From assembly GCA_024231855.1 (NCBI GenBank), contig JAAEQD010000016.1, positions 9,306-73,305 of the forward strand: a stretch of DNA of 64,000 nucleotides, in the 5' to 3' direction. The stretch is from Candidatus Zixiibacteriota bacterium. Lineage in GTDB: Bacteria > Zixibacteria > MSB-5A5 > UBA10806 > 4484-95. Under the pieces are notes generated by a model. It saw only the letters and a program-made list of their open reading frames with translations. It was not told the DNA's origin and ran no database searches. Below are positions 53,943 to 63,084 of the stretch, piece by piece. Each line of letters begins with the position of its first letter. The stretch's first letter is position 1. The position numbers and the translations under genes are program-made.

Positions 53943-55976
53943 TTAATTATCGTTGTCGTCTTCCCAGAGATGTTCTCCGGCATTGACTTTTACCCTGGCG
54001 GTGGCAGTTATATTAATATAGTCACTACCCTGGATTGCGCTTCCGCCGGCGCCTGTCGGCAATAGTTGAACTTGCGGCGCGATATAGACTATGTCGTTTT
54101 CGAATATCACTATCTCGGATGATGTCAGGGAGTCATTAAAGACCGAAATCGCTTCCTCGATCGCGTAGCCATTAACATCGGTTTCCGCTTGTTCTAACGT
54201 GAAAGGTCCGACAACAACCGAATTAGGATCGGAAAATATTCTATCATCGGCATAGAAGCCAATATACAAGGCAACTCGCGCGCCAACGGGAAGATGACTG
54301 GTCAATTCGGCATTGATTGTACCATAGGCGAATGTTTCTTCGAAATCAGGCAAATCCTCGCTATCGATTTCGACATCGCTGGCGTCAAGTTCTATCTCAA
54401 TCGTATCGGATAGAGCAAACGCCAGAGGCGAGTAAATTTCCACTTCGCCGTAGAAGAAATCATCTTTGGAGATCCGCACCGAATCATCGCCGGCGGGATT
54501 AAGTATCGCGGTACCGGAGATATTGATTATACTGGGCGCCGGATTGAGAAACGCACTAAGAGTCATTGATTCTACGATAATCTCGGTTTCCAAAGGGGTA
54601 GATGCTGCTAAAGCTCTGGCTTGTATCGTATCTTGCACAACCAAACTTCGGCTGCCGCTTTCATTTTCCAAAAGCAGGTCTACGTAAACTTCGGTAGTAC
54701 TGTTATTATATAATATCATCCTAAGTTCGGCTTGAGTCAACTGGGCTTCAGCGAACTCATCGGGAATATCCACATCCTGGCTCATGGGATCGATTGTAAT
54801 TTCAGCCGACTCGATTCTGCCCATCACTGATCTAAAAGTGATTTCAGATACGTCGGCGGAGACATCCAGGTTGTCAGAACTGTTTATGAGATATTTGGTC
54901 GGCGCGGAGCCAACAATCACTGCCGAGACATCTATGGAAATTGTCTGCGGCGAGGAGATCCCCGAGGGCGTGAATGTATAATCCGTAAGATCGACCACTC
55001 TATAGAGTGTGTTATTGCCGGCTATGGATTCATCTATGGTGAGTGCTGAACCGTCAAGATCGAAATTAGGAATCGACAGGCTGACATTCATTGGCAGGCT
55101 GGTTCCATTGTCTATTTGAAGGGTCATCGACCCATCGTCGATTTCGGCTTCGTATATAACCGATTCATCACCCAGATCGACTACCTGGTTGAGGTCTTTG
55201 GTAAAACCGGGAATTTCAGCCATCGCGCCCGATACTGATAATCCCGATGGGAAGGTCGTAGTAATAACCATATCGTTGGCCGGAGCAACGATACCCTGAG
55301 AATCGACAACGCCGAAAGTGATCAAGGTGAGCGCGTTTTCCAGCCGTTCACCGGCCAGATCGATTTGGCGATTCAGGGTCTGATCGTCGGCTATGCCGGT
55401 TTCGAATATTGTGAAGCCAATTGGCGTGCCCAAATCGCTGGTGTTATAAATACCGATAGCCAATGAATCGATATCTATACCCAGATCGTTGGCCACTTCG
55501 ATATTAATCTCGCCGGCGCTTATGTCGGCCCAATCGAAATTGCCAAAGGCGCTGAGGTCCTCATTAATAGAAAATGACGTGTCAATCGGTATCACATCGA
55601 TTACTATTGGCAGGCTTAAGTCCGCCAATGCGAAATTCGTGGGTGGAACTATCGGCGCGTCGATATCGATTATGCCAAGTGAATCGGAATAGGTTTGATT
55701 GACCGCCGGTGATGTCAGATTGTTTTCCACCGCGATCGTATCGATTTCCTGCGAAATCGAGAAGCCCGGATTGCCTAAACTATCAAAAGTGATCTCCTCG
55801 GAATCCATTTCCTCGATGATCTCCTCGATGGTGTAGGTCTTATTGGTTAACGGCATGTCCCAGGTGGTTTCCCAACTTGGGGCTTCGGGCTTTTCAACCG
55901 AGCAACCGGTAATTATGACTCCGGCAGCTAATAATAGCAATAGCCCGATTTGAAATTGGAATTTTTTCATTAACAT
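53943..55976 (-). CDS. Large acidic lipoprotein, unknown function (677 aa)
   Basis: Lipobox LAAGVIITGCS. No motif I recognise. Its stop is 15 nt upstream of the PorV-like gene start. Confidence 0.7.
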   Translation of the reverse strand: MLMKKFQFQIGLLLLLAAGVIITGCSVEKPEAPSWETTWDMPLTNKTYTIEEIIEEMDSEEITFDSLGNPGFSISQEIDTIAVENNLTSPAVNQTYSDSLGIIDIDAPIVPPTNFALADLSLPIVIDVIPIDTSFSINEDLSAFGNFDWADISAGEINIEVANDLGIDIDSLAIGIYNTSDLGTPIGFTIFETGIADDQTLNRQIDLAGERLENALTLITFGVVDSQGIVAPANDMVITTTFPSGLSVSGAMAEIPGFTKDLNQVVDLGDESVIYEAEIDDGSMTLQIDNGTSLPMNVSLSIPNFDLDGSALTIDESIAGNNTLYRVVDLTDYTFTPSGISSPQTISIDVSAVIVGSAPTKYLINSSDNLDVSADVSEITFRSVMGRIESAEITIDPMSQDVDIPDEFAEAQLTQAELRMILYNNSTTEVYVDLLLENESGSRSLVVQDTIQARALAASTPLETEIIVESMTLSAFLNPAPSIINISGTAILNPAGDDSVRISKDDFFYGEVEIYSPLAFALSDTIEIELDASDVEIDSEDLPDFEETFAYGTINAELTSHLPVGARVALYIGFYADDRIFSDPNSVVVGPFTLEQAETDVNGYAIEEAISVFNDSLTSSEIVIFENDIVYIAPQVQLLPTGAGGSAIQGSDYINITATARVKVNAGEHLWEDDNDN

Positions 55977-56201
55977 TCCCCTCCTGATAGTCGTGAGCGA
56001 TATTTTTTCGTTTTTTAAGGAATGTATAAGGCTACCAACATGCCAAAACGGTTAAGACCCGGTTCAAAGCGTTTCATGTCGACCTAAGAGCTTGTATGAC
56101 AGTACATTAAATATAGAAAATAATTATTAGTAATATATAATCTTAATGACAACTAAATGATAAATTATGGGATAAATCCTATACTCTTGGGATTCTCGCT
56201 A

Positions 56202-56230
56202 TTGACTTTATCGCTTCTTGTCAATAAGTT
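56202..56230 (+). promoter_or_regulatory. Promoter candidate TTGACT-17nt-TAAGTT placed so that transcription would begin at or next to the ATG at 56236
   Basis: Hexamers at 56202..56207 and 56225..56230. The ATG lies 6 nt after the -10 element. Confidence 0.3.
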
Positions 56231-56235
56231 AGGTT

Positions 56236-56574
56236 ATGGCTCAAAAACAGTGTAAAATATGCGGTGCCGAGTGGGAAGAGAATTTCGATGAGTGCTATAA
56301 TTGCGGCACAACGGCCGATCCGGATGAGCAACTATGGTTCGATAAAGATGCCCGGGAACGAGTCGAACGGCGTAAAAGAAAAAAAACGCTCAGACGGCCA
56401 TCCAGGCTTAATCGAGGAATATTCCTGCCTTTGATTCTGGGTAGCGGCGCTATGTTGAAGATAATCGCTCAGGGCGGCTTTAATATGACATCATTGACCT
56501 GGGATATTATCGGGATAGTGATGTTCGTAGTCAGCGTGGGCTATATAATCAAGACTAAGTTATTCAGGCGATAA
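56236..56574 (+). CDS. Small membrane protein with N-terminal zinc-ribbon (CKICG...CYNCG)
   Basis: ORF track. CxxC-x14-CxxC, a basic linker RRKRKKTLRR, then two hydrophobic helices. Confidence 0.55.
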   Translation: MAQKQCKICGAEWEENFDECYNCGTTADPDEQLWFDKDARERVERRKRKKTLRRPSRLNRGIFLPLILGSGAMLKIIAQGGFNMTSLTWDIIGIVMFVVSVGYIIKTKLFRR

Positions 56575-56779
56575 GATTTACTAAATTATATCTTTCGGTT
56601 TGACGCAAAAAAAGGTCAGTGCACATCGCCCTCAAGGTTGTCGATTCTAAGATGCTCGGTGACATGCACCAACCGCTGATGGAGCTCCCTCACATAAGCC
56701 TAAGAATTAACAATAAATCGTATAGAATTTTGATAATTTGGTAAAAAGTAAAAATATATGATAATATTTAGGGGAATTC

Positions 56780-58900
56780 TCATTTAATCAAAGTCATCCG
56801 CTCGGAAAACACCTCATCGCCAGTGGTTAGGCGGTAGAAGTAGACTCCAGATGATACAGGATTACCGTCATTTGTTTGACCGGCCCAGATAATTGACTTC
56901 TCGCCGGCGGCTTGGCTTTCATCAATCAAAGTGGTTATCTGGCGGCCGAGGATATCGTAGATATCGAGTTTTACCTGCCCGGGATAGGGGAGGGCGTAGT
57001 TGATCGTGGTCGAGGCGTTGAAGGGGTTGGGGTAGTTTGGGGAAAGGGAGAAGGTAGTGGGGATTGTCGCGACTTCCTCGATTCCGGTTTGGGGATTTAA
57101 GAAGAAGATAGAGAACGAGAATTCGTCAGCGACATATATTGTATCTTCCTGAACATGAATACGCTTGGTATTACCCGGAGTGTTTAGTGATGCAATTAAA
57201 CTTGGTTCATAAGGATTTGAAACATCTACAGCGTAAACTCCATGTGATCCATTGGCGATAAAGACATGATCATCCTCAACATAAATATCCACAGCCGTAC
57301 CTGGCATATCGTAACTTGATACAAGAATCGGATTAGCCGGATCGTCGATATCGATTATTTGCATTCCACTCCAATAATCCGCGATGTACGCGTAATTATG
57401 TCGAACAAATACACTTCGTGCCTCGCCGGGCGTATTATAGTTTCCCTCTACATAAGGGGCTTCAGGATCTGAAATGTTGATTATTTGTAAACCGGATTGG
57501 GCGTCGGCAATATAGGCGTAATCGCCACATACAAATACTCCCAAAGGATCGTTAGGAGTAGAACAACTTCCAATTAAGTCAACGTTTGATGGATCGGAAA
57601 CATCGTATATTCTTAATCCTTCATCCCTTATCGTAACGTATGAATAGTTGAATTCAACATGAATATCATTAATAGATTCTTGCCAGATATAAAAAGGATA
57701 TATTTCAATTGGGTTTAACGGATTAGAAATATCTATTATAAGCGCTTCACCATTACCTGCAACATGAGCGTAATTTCCCTCAATAGATATCAATTTATGG
57801 CGTGAATGGTCATAAAATCCAACCTGCAGGGGAGCATTAGGATTTGAAATGTCAAATATTTTTAATCCCGAATGCCCTCTATAACCATAATCTATGCAAT
57901 AAGCATAGCCGTTTCTAACGCAAACATCCCAACAATTGTCGTTAGAGCCATAAGTCGTAATTCGAGTAATGTTCCAAGGATCGGAAACATCATAAATATC
58001 GAAGCCACTGCCCGGAGCTACGAAAAACATGAAGTGCTCCCAAAGCGAAATACGATATGTTTGAGATAGTTTAATATCAACTACCTCAAGTTCCGGAAAT
58101 GTAAGGATTGCCAGGCCATCACCAAAAAAACCGGCGAAAATGTAATCATCAAAAAGAAGCGCTTGAGATGCAGTAGAATACCCATATTCATCTTCATACA
58201 TATTATATCTATCAAGAAAAATAGGATTAGTAATCTCTGTGATATCTATTAATTCAACACCCCGTACGCCCGCGACCATCAAGTAATTTTCATGAGTGGT
58301 TGTAGAAAACGCGTAAGAATCATATTCGGAAATAATATTGGGATTATAAGAATTGGAGATATCCACGATTTTAACGTTGTCACCTGAAATAAAGGCATAA
58401 TTGCCATCAACATAAACATGACGAGAATCGCCGTCCAAAGAGGCAATTAATTCAGGAGAGGTGGGAGCCGAAACATCAACAACTTGCAGAGTAAAATTCG
58501 CGGGGGCAAGGTATGCAATATTATCCCTGACAAATACGCTGTTTAAATAATCTTGCGTACTGAAAACACCGACCAGAATCGGGTTTGACATATCGGCTAT
58601 ATTTATTATGAGTAAACCCTGATCCCCGGCCGCAGCATACAAATAATCTCCGGATATAGTGAATTCCTCTATTTTTCCATATAGATATAAATGATCTAGT
58701 ATCTCAATATTAGAGAAATTTGTAAAATCATATATAATCAGCCCATTTCGGAAGGCTCCGATTCCATAATCGCCTACTCTTTGAATATCATTGATTTCAT
58801 ACCAGAGGGCCGACCCAATATATTCCAATCTTTGGCTATAACTTAAACCGGATAATAATACAACAATACCCAAAACCAGAAATATAATTAGCTTTTTCAT
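56780..58900 (-). CDS. LVIVD-repeat beta-propeller protein with T9SS-type C-terminal sorting domain
   Basis: Many repeats of the GLxIxDISxPxxP type (GLKIFDISNP, GLRIYDVSDP, GLQIINISDP, GMQIIDIDDP). C-terminal NYPNPFNASTTINYAL...GVYFYRL. Visibly AT-rich. Confidence 0.8.
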   Translation of the reverse strand: MKKLIIFLVLGIVVLLSGLSYSQRLEYIGSALWYEINDIQRVGDYGIGAFRNGLIIYDFTNFSNIEILDHLYLYGKIEEFTISGDYLYAAAGDQGLLIINIADMSNPILVGVFSTQDYLNSVFVRDNIAYLAPANFTLQVVDVSAPTSPELIASLDGDSRHVYVDGNYAFISGDNVKIVDISNSYNPNIISEYDSYAFSTTTHENYLMVAGVRGVELIDITEITNPIFLDRYNMYEDEYGYSTASQALLFDDYIFAGFFGDGLAILTFPELEVVDIKLSQTYRISLWEHFMFFVAPGSGFDIYDVSDPWNITRITTYGSNDNCWDVCVRNGYAYCIDYGYRGHSGLKIFDISNPNAPLQVGFYDHSRHKLISIEGNYAHVAGNGEALIIDISNPLNPIEIYPFYIWQESINDIHVEFNYSYVTIRDEGLRIYDVSDPSNVDLIGSCSTPNDPLGVFVCGDYAYIADAQSGLQIINISDPEAPYVEGNYNTPGEARSVFVRHNYAYIADYWSGMQIIDIDDPANPILVSSYDMPGTAVDIYVEDDHVFIANGSHGVYAVDVSNPYEPSLIASLNTPGNTKRIHVQEDTIYVADEFSFSIFFLNPQTGIEEVATIPTTFSLSPNYPNPFNASTTINYALPYPGQVKLDIYDILGRQITTLIDESQAAGEKSIIWAGQTNDGNPVSSGVYFYRLTTGDEVFSERMTLIK

Positions 58901-59035
58901 TTTTGCCTCTCGATTTAGCTTCCGCTAATAATAATATAACTCAATATCTCCATATGTCAATAGCCTTAAACTAATCTTTTGCGTATATCCTACCAAAGCA
59001 GAAATGTTAACAATTACTAAAATAACATCTTCCGC

Positions 59036-59064
59036 TTGACATTATCGCCTCCGGCAGGTAATAT
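59036..59064 (+). promoter_or_regulatory. Sigma70-like promoter for tRNA-Arg (TTGACA-17nt-TAATAT)
   Basis: Hexamers at 59036..59041 and 59059..59064, about 44 nt upstream of the tRNA. Confidence 0.5.
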
Positions 59065-59107
59065 TACGGCTCAGGTGATGGGCGTTTGAATTGGCCCTCT
59101 AATCAAT

Positions 59108-59179
59108 GCCCCCGTAGCTCAGTGGATAGAGCATCGGCCTCCGGAGCCGTGTGCGGCCGTTCGAGTCGGCCCGGGGGTA
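59108..59179 (+). tRNA. tRNA-Arg (anticodon CCG)
   Basis: GCCCCCGTAGCTCAGTGGATAGAGCATCGGCCTCCGGAGCCGTGTGCGGCCGTTCGAGTCGGCCCGGGGGTA folds as a cloverleaf. Anticodon loop CTCCGGA, T-loop TTCGAGT. Confidence 0.85.
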
Positions 59180-59268
59180 TTTTATGATTTCGGCAATTGG
59201 GCAATCCGTATGGGTATGTCATGCCGTGTCCCTACGGATCGCAAGATTAGCGAGTGCTCGGGCCCCAA

Positions 59269-59400
59269 GGGCGTATGCAATATGCCGCTACGAACATCAA
59301 CGCTCACCCAAAACATTGTCATTCCCGCGAAGGCGGGCGGATGGAGTCCTTTATTTATCCAGGGGGATTGTAGGGGTCATAGCTTGACTCGACCCGGGAC
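59269..59400. repeat. Cluster of degenerate copies of three intergenic repeat families
   Basis: GGGCGTATGCAATATGCC at 59269, GTCATTCCCGCGAAGGCGGG at 59318, and TGTAGGGGTCATAGCTTGACTCG at about 59369, which resembles the 5' end of the 77-nt repeats at 62986 and 63438. Confidence 0.6.
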
Positions 59401-59541
59401 GGGGGAGAGGGCAAATTCCGCGACCGGTCCAATAACGCAAGGAGAGGACAAAACAACGAATTCATCGATAAATATCGCCCCGTTTATGACGATTATTATA
59501 AGATACGCGAAAATTTCATCAAATAGGAGATAAATAACAAG

Positions 59542-61257
59542 ATGCTTTGGACCAAGACATTCATTCCGACCTTACGCGACGATCCGGCCGATGCCGAACT
59601 CGTGTCACATAAATTGCTAACCCGCGGCGGCTATATCCGCAAGCTGACTTCCGGTATTTATAACTACCTGCCGTTAATGCAGCGGACGCTTCACAAGGTG
59701 ATGAACATAGTGCGTGAGGAGATGGACGCCTCCGGGGCGATTGAAATCACCATGCCGGTACTTCATCCCGCCGAACTCTGGCAGAAAACCGGCCGCTGGG
59801 ACACGATTGGTAAGGAACAGATGCGCATGAAAGACCGCCATCTGCGGGATATGGTCCTGGGCGCCACCCACGAGGAGGTGGTCACCTGGATCGCCCGCGG
59901 CGAATTGAAAAGCTATCGTCAGATACCTTTGAATATGTACCAGATACAGGTCAAGTTCAGAGATGAGATCAGACCCCGATACGGCTTGATGCGGGGCCGC
60001 GAATTTATCATGAAGGACGCTTACACATTCGATGCCAACGAGGATGGTTTGAAAGTCGCCTATAACAAGATGGCCGATGCTTATTTCAAGGCGTTCAATC
60101 GTTGCGGTCTTGAGGTCAAGATGGTTGAATCGGATGTCGGCAACATGGGCGGATTCGGGGCGCATGAATTCATGGTGCCGGTCACGACCGCCGGCGGGGA
60201 AGAGGTTATCCTCTCCTGCAGTAGTTGCGATTACGCCGCCAATGTCGAGAAGGCCCAGTCGGTGCCGCTTGTCGAATCCAAACGGGATGAGGAACACAAA
60301 ACCAAAGAGATGATCATGACTCCCGATATGCGGACAATCGAGGAGGTCACCGAGTATCTAAAAAAACCGGCCGAGATGCTGATTAAGACCTTAATATACC
60401 TCGCCGATGGCAAACCCGTGGCCGTGCTTATTCGCGGCGACCGCTCGATCAATGAGATAAAGCTTATAAATTACCTTCGCTGCCTGGAGTTGGAGATGGC
60501 ACCGCCTGAGACAATCCTCAAGTTAACGGGCGCGCAGGTCGGATTCTCCGGACCGGTCGGATTGACCGGATTGAAAATTATCGCCGATCCTGAAATCAAA
60601 GGCATGGTCAATTTCGTAGTCGGCGCCAATAAGGACGATACGCATTTCATCAATGTCAACCAGGATGATTTCAAAGTCGATGACTATGTTGAACTCCGAA
60701 ACGCCGAGGCCGGAGAGGGTTGCGCGCGCTGCGGCAGGGGACATCTCGAAGCTTACTCCGGCATCGAAGTCGGTAACCTGTTTATGCTGGGCACCAAGTA
60801 CTCCGAGGCGTTGGGCGCCACCTTCGTCGATGAGAAAGGCGAGGAGAAGCCGTTCGTGATGGGATCCTATGGAATAGGAATCACCCGCACGGCCCAATCG
60901 GCTGTCGAGGCGTTCCATGATGACAAGGGCATAATCTGGCCCAAGCAGATCGCGCCTTATGATTTCCATGTGATCCCGTTGTTTATGGATAACGATCAAC
61001 AACGTGAAGTTGCTTTCCAAATTCGCGATGATCTCGAAGACGCCGGTTATTCGGTGCTCATCGATGACCGTGACGAACGTCCCGGCGTGAAATTCAACGA
61101 CGCCGACCTGATCGGCATGCCGATCAGAATCGCCATAGGCGACCGCGGCCTCAAAGAGGGCGTAATCGAGATAATCCGCCGTAAGGACATGCAGATGGAG
61201 AAAGTCCCGGTTGACCAAGGTGCCACCAGGGCGATTGAGATTTGGAAAGAGCTGTAG
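59542..61257 (+). CDS. proS: Prolyl-tRNA synthetase, bacterial type with insertion (editing) domain
   Basis: N-terminal FIPTLRDDPADAELVSHKLLTRGGYIRKL. Motif 2 FRDEIRPRYGLMRGREFIMKDAYTF. Motif 3 GSYGIGITR. Confidence 0.9.
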   Translation: MLWTKTFIPTLRDDPADAELVSHKLLTRGGYIRKLTSGIYNYLPLMQRTLHKVMNIVREEMDASGAIEITMPVLHPAELWQKTGRWDTIGKEQMRMKDRHLRDMVLGATHEEVVTWIARGELKSYRQIPLNMYQIQVKFRDEIRPRYGLMRGREFIMKDAYTFDANEDGLKVAYNKMADAYFKAFNRCGLEVKMVESDVGNMGGFGAHEFMVPVTTAGGEEVILSCSSCDYAANVEKAQSVPLVESKRDEEHKTKEMIMTPDMRTIEEVTEYLKKPAEMLIKTLIYLADGKPVAVLIRGDRSINEIKLINYLRCLELEMAPPETILKLTGAQVGFSGPVGLTGLKIIADPEIKGMVNFVVGANKDDTHFINVNQDDFKVDDYVELRNAEAGEGCARCGRGHLEAYSGIEVGNLFMLGTKYSEALGATFVDEKGEEKPFVMGSYGIGITRTAQSAVEAFHDDKGIIWPKQIAPYDFHVIPLFMDNDQQREVAFQIRDDLEDAGYSVLIDDRDERPGVKFNDADLIGMPIRIAIGDRGLKEGVIEIIRRKDMQMEKVPVDQGATRAIEIWKEL

Positions 61258-61289
61258 TAGATTACTAAATTAGTGAAATGAACCTTCGT

Positions 61290-61317
61290 GGGGCGTATTG
61301 ACATACGCCCTTTTTTA
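61290..61317 (+). terminator. Rho-independent terminator after proS
   Basis: GGGGCGTA-ttgaca-TACGCCC stem followed by TTTTTT. Confidence 0.8.
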
Positions 61318-61384
61318 ATTGAAACAATATCAAGGAAATTGAATATTAATATATAATAGCACTATTCGATTTGAAGGAGGTAAC

Positions 61385-61867
61385 TTGATAAAAGGTATTT
61401 TAACATCATCGCTCCTTACTATTCTATTATTAAACTTAAGTTGTTGTTCATCTTTAGGATGTCTAGAACAAGATAGCGAAATGCGTCAAATGTATGAACC
61501 TCCTGTATCAAAGCTAACAGAACAAGTATTACCAAAAATCGAGAATATTGTAACTTTAGTGTGCGACGTTGCCGGTAAAGCTATTAATTCCGACGTTACA
61601 CTAAAATCTGATTTACTGAAAAATTGGGCTAAAAATGATATTCAAAATCTGCATAAATGCGTAGAAAATGGTAACCACGAAATTGTGCTCACAATGAACA
61701 GCAATTATCCGTTGATAACGATAAGAGTCATATCAGAGAATAATGACTTACTGCTAGATATCGGCATTATTAATGCCCCACGCGCCGGCCGCGGTACTAT
61801 ATATTATCTAGAAAAAGAGGGCGAATTTTATAAAATATCAGGTATAAAAACAGAGTGGAAATCTTAA
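61385..61867 (+). CDS. Hypothetical small secreted/lipoprotein (160 aa), AT-rich
   Basis: TTG start after GGAGG. Hydrophobic N-terminus ending LNLSCCSS. No recognisable domain. Confidence 0.55.
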   Translation: MIKGILTSSLLTILLLNLSCCSSLGCLEQDSEMRQMYEPPVSKLTEQVLPKIENIVTLVCDVAGKAINSDVTLKSDLLKNWAKNDIQNLHKCVENGNHEIVLTMNSNYPLITIRVISENNDLLLDIGIINAPRAGRGTIYYLEKEGEFYKISGIKTEWKS

Positions 61868-61887
61868 CATTGTAATCGAGTAGCCGA

Positions 61888-61963
61888 GTAGGTCAGGTGC
61901 TGTAGCACTTGACGTTCGGCTGAAAGTTTATGACTCGGTCAGAAGCCACGGCTCCTGACCTAC
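61888..61963 (+). repeat. Structured intergenic repeat, copy R1 (76 nt, diverged)
   Basis: GTAGGTCAGG...CCTGACCTAC terminal inverted pairing. Internal hairpin GTCAGGTGC-tgta-GCACTTGAC. Confidence 0.65.
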
Positions 61964-62015
61964 CCCTGAGCAAAATTAATTTGAACATCCCGTCAAATTT
62001 ATCTATATAATAACC

Positions 62016-62864
62016 ATGAATTACCGCCTTATTAAATCAACCCTTGCTCTAATCACCATAGCGCTTTTTATATCATCCACCCCCGCCACCGCCCAATCCC
62101 CCACCTACACCTGGCTCAATCATCACGACTCAACCCAGAGTATCGCCAATAGAATCCCGCCGCCGGATGATCACAAATGTGTGCCCGTAATCCCCGGCTC
62201 ATTCGGCCACTGGTTGCGACATCTACCGCTTAAAGAAGGCAATCCGCCGATCTACTATCATGACGGCGGCAAGAAATTCAACCAGATGGCCAACTATGCC
62301 GTGATCGATATCGATGTGGGGGAGAGGAACCTTCAGCAGTGCGCCGACGCGGTCATCCGTCTCCGGGCGGAATATCTCTACTCGAAAGCCATGTATGACT
62401 CGATAGCCTTCAATTTCACCAGCGGCGACAGGTTCAAATATCGTGCTTGGCTTGATGGTAAAACACCGATCATAGAAGGCAACAATGTCAGTTGGGACCA
62501 ACAAGCAGCGAGGGCCAACGACCGGGCGAACTTCCGCGAGTATCTTGATATCATATTCATGTATGCCGGCTCATATTCATTGAGTAAAGAACTTGCGAAA
62601 GTTAGCGATATCGCTGATATTCAAATCGGGGATGTTTTTATCGAGGGCGGTTTTCCGGGTCATGCCATAATCGTCGTCGATCTGGTCGAGCATATCGAAA
62701 CGGGGGAGAAGCGATACCTTCTGGCCCAGAGCTACATGCCGGCGCAGAGTATTCATATCATCAAGATGCCACTTTCCAATCCCTGGTTCGATCTCGGTAT
62801 CGGCGACAAGCTTTGGACCCTGGAGTGGGTATTCGAGAAAGATGAATTGATGAGGTTTAGATAA
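62016..62864 (+). CDS. Hypothetical secreted protein (possibly DUF4846-like, from memory only)
   Basis: Signal peptide ending TPATAQS. Conserved-looking blocks GHAIIVVDLVEH and LLAQSYMPAQSIHII. Confidence 0.6.
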   Translation: MNYRLIKSTLALITIALFISSTPATAQSPTYTWLNHHDSTQSIANRIPPPDDHKCVPVIPGSFGHWLRHLPLKEGNPPIYYHDGGKKFNQMANYAVIDIDVGERNLQQCADAVIRLRAEYLYSKAMYDSIAFNFTSGDRFKYRAWLDGKTPIIEGNNVSWDQQAARANDRANFREYLDIIFMYAGSYSLSKELAKVSDIADIQIGDVFIEGGFPGHAIIVVDLVEHIETGEKRYLLAQSYMPAQSIHIIKMPLSNPWFDLGIGDKLWTLEWVFEKDELMRFR

Positions 62865-62868
62865 AACG

Positions 62869-62887
62869 GGCGTAAGCGATACGCCCC
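62869..62887 (+). repeat. GGGCGTA-N5-TACGCCC hairpin directly after the stop codon
   Basis: Same stem as the proS terminator (61291) and the degenerate copy at 59269. There is no T-run here. Confidence 0.55.
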
Positions 62888-62985
62888 TATGGTCTTTGTT
62901 CTTAGCGAATCCTTATTTAATAGGAGTGAATGAGAATCCATGGTGCCCCATCCGCTTGCGGTGGGTTCTATTTTGCGTCAGAATT

Positions 62986-63062
62986 GTAGGTCATGTCCAC
63001 TTGGGACTTGACGCGGCGAATTACTCACAGTTGCTCGGCAGGCCCCGAGTGGGCCTGCCTAG
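62986..63062 (+). repeat. Structured intergenic repeat, copy R2 (77 nt)
   Basis: About 80 percent identical by eye to R3 and the same length. Hairpins GTCATGTCC-acttg-GGACTTGAC and GGCAGGCC-ccgagtg-GGCCTGCC. Confidence 0.8.
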
Positions 63063-63084
63063 CCTAAATATTATAGGAGAGAAT

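Noticed and set aside
59151-59533. ORFs 59151..59387 and 59210..59533, and a possible T-box leader for proS
   Set aside because: The ORFs are read-throughs of repeat remnants (for example VIPAKAGG from GTCATTCCCGCGAAGGCGGG). No T-box core (GGTGGTACCGCG-like) was seen.
59674-61304. Long minus-strand ORFs 59674..60297, 60523..61218 and 61047..61304
   Set aside because: They are antisense to proS. proS is relatively GC-rich, which produces long spurious antisense frames.
62896-63084. N-terminal 63 codons of ORF 62896..63441
   Set aside because: This part translates straight through repeat R2. A good AGGAGA-ATG start at 63085 gives a normal-size VOC protein.
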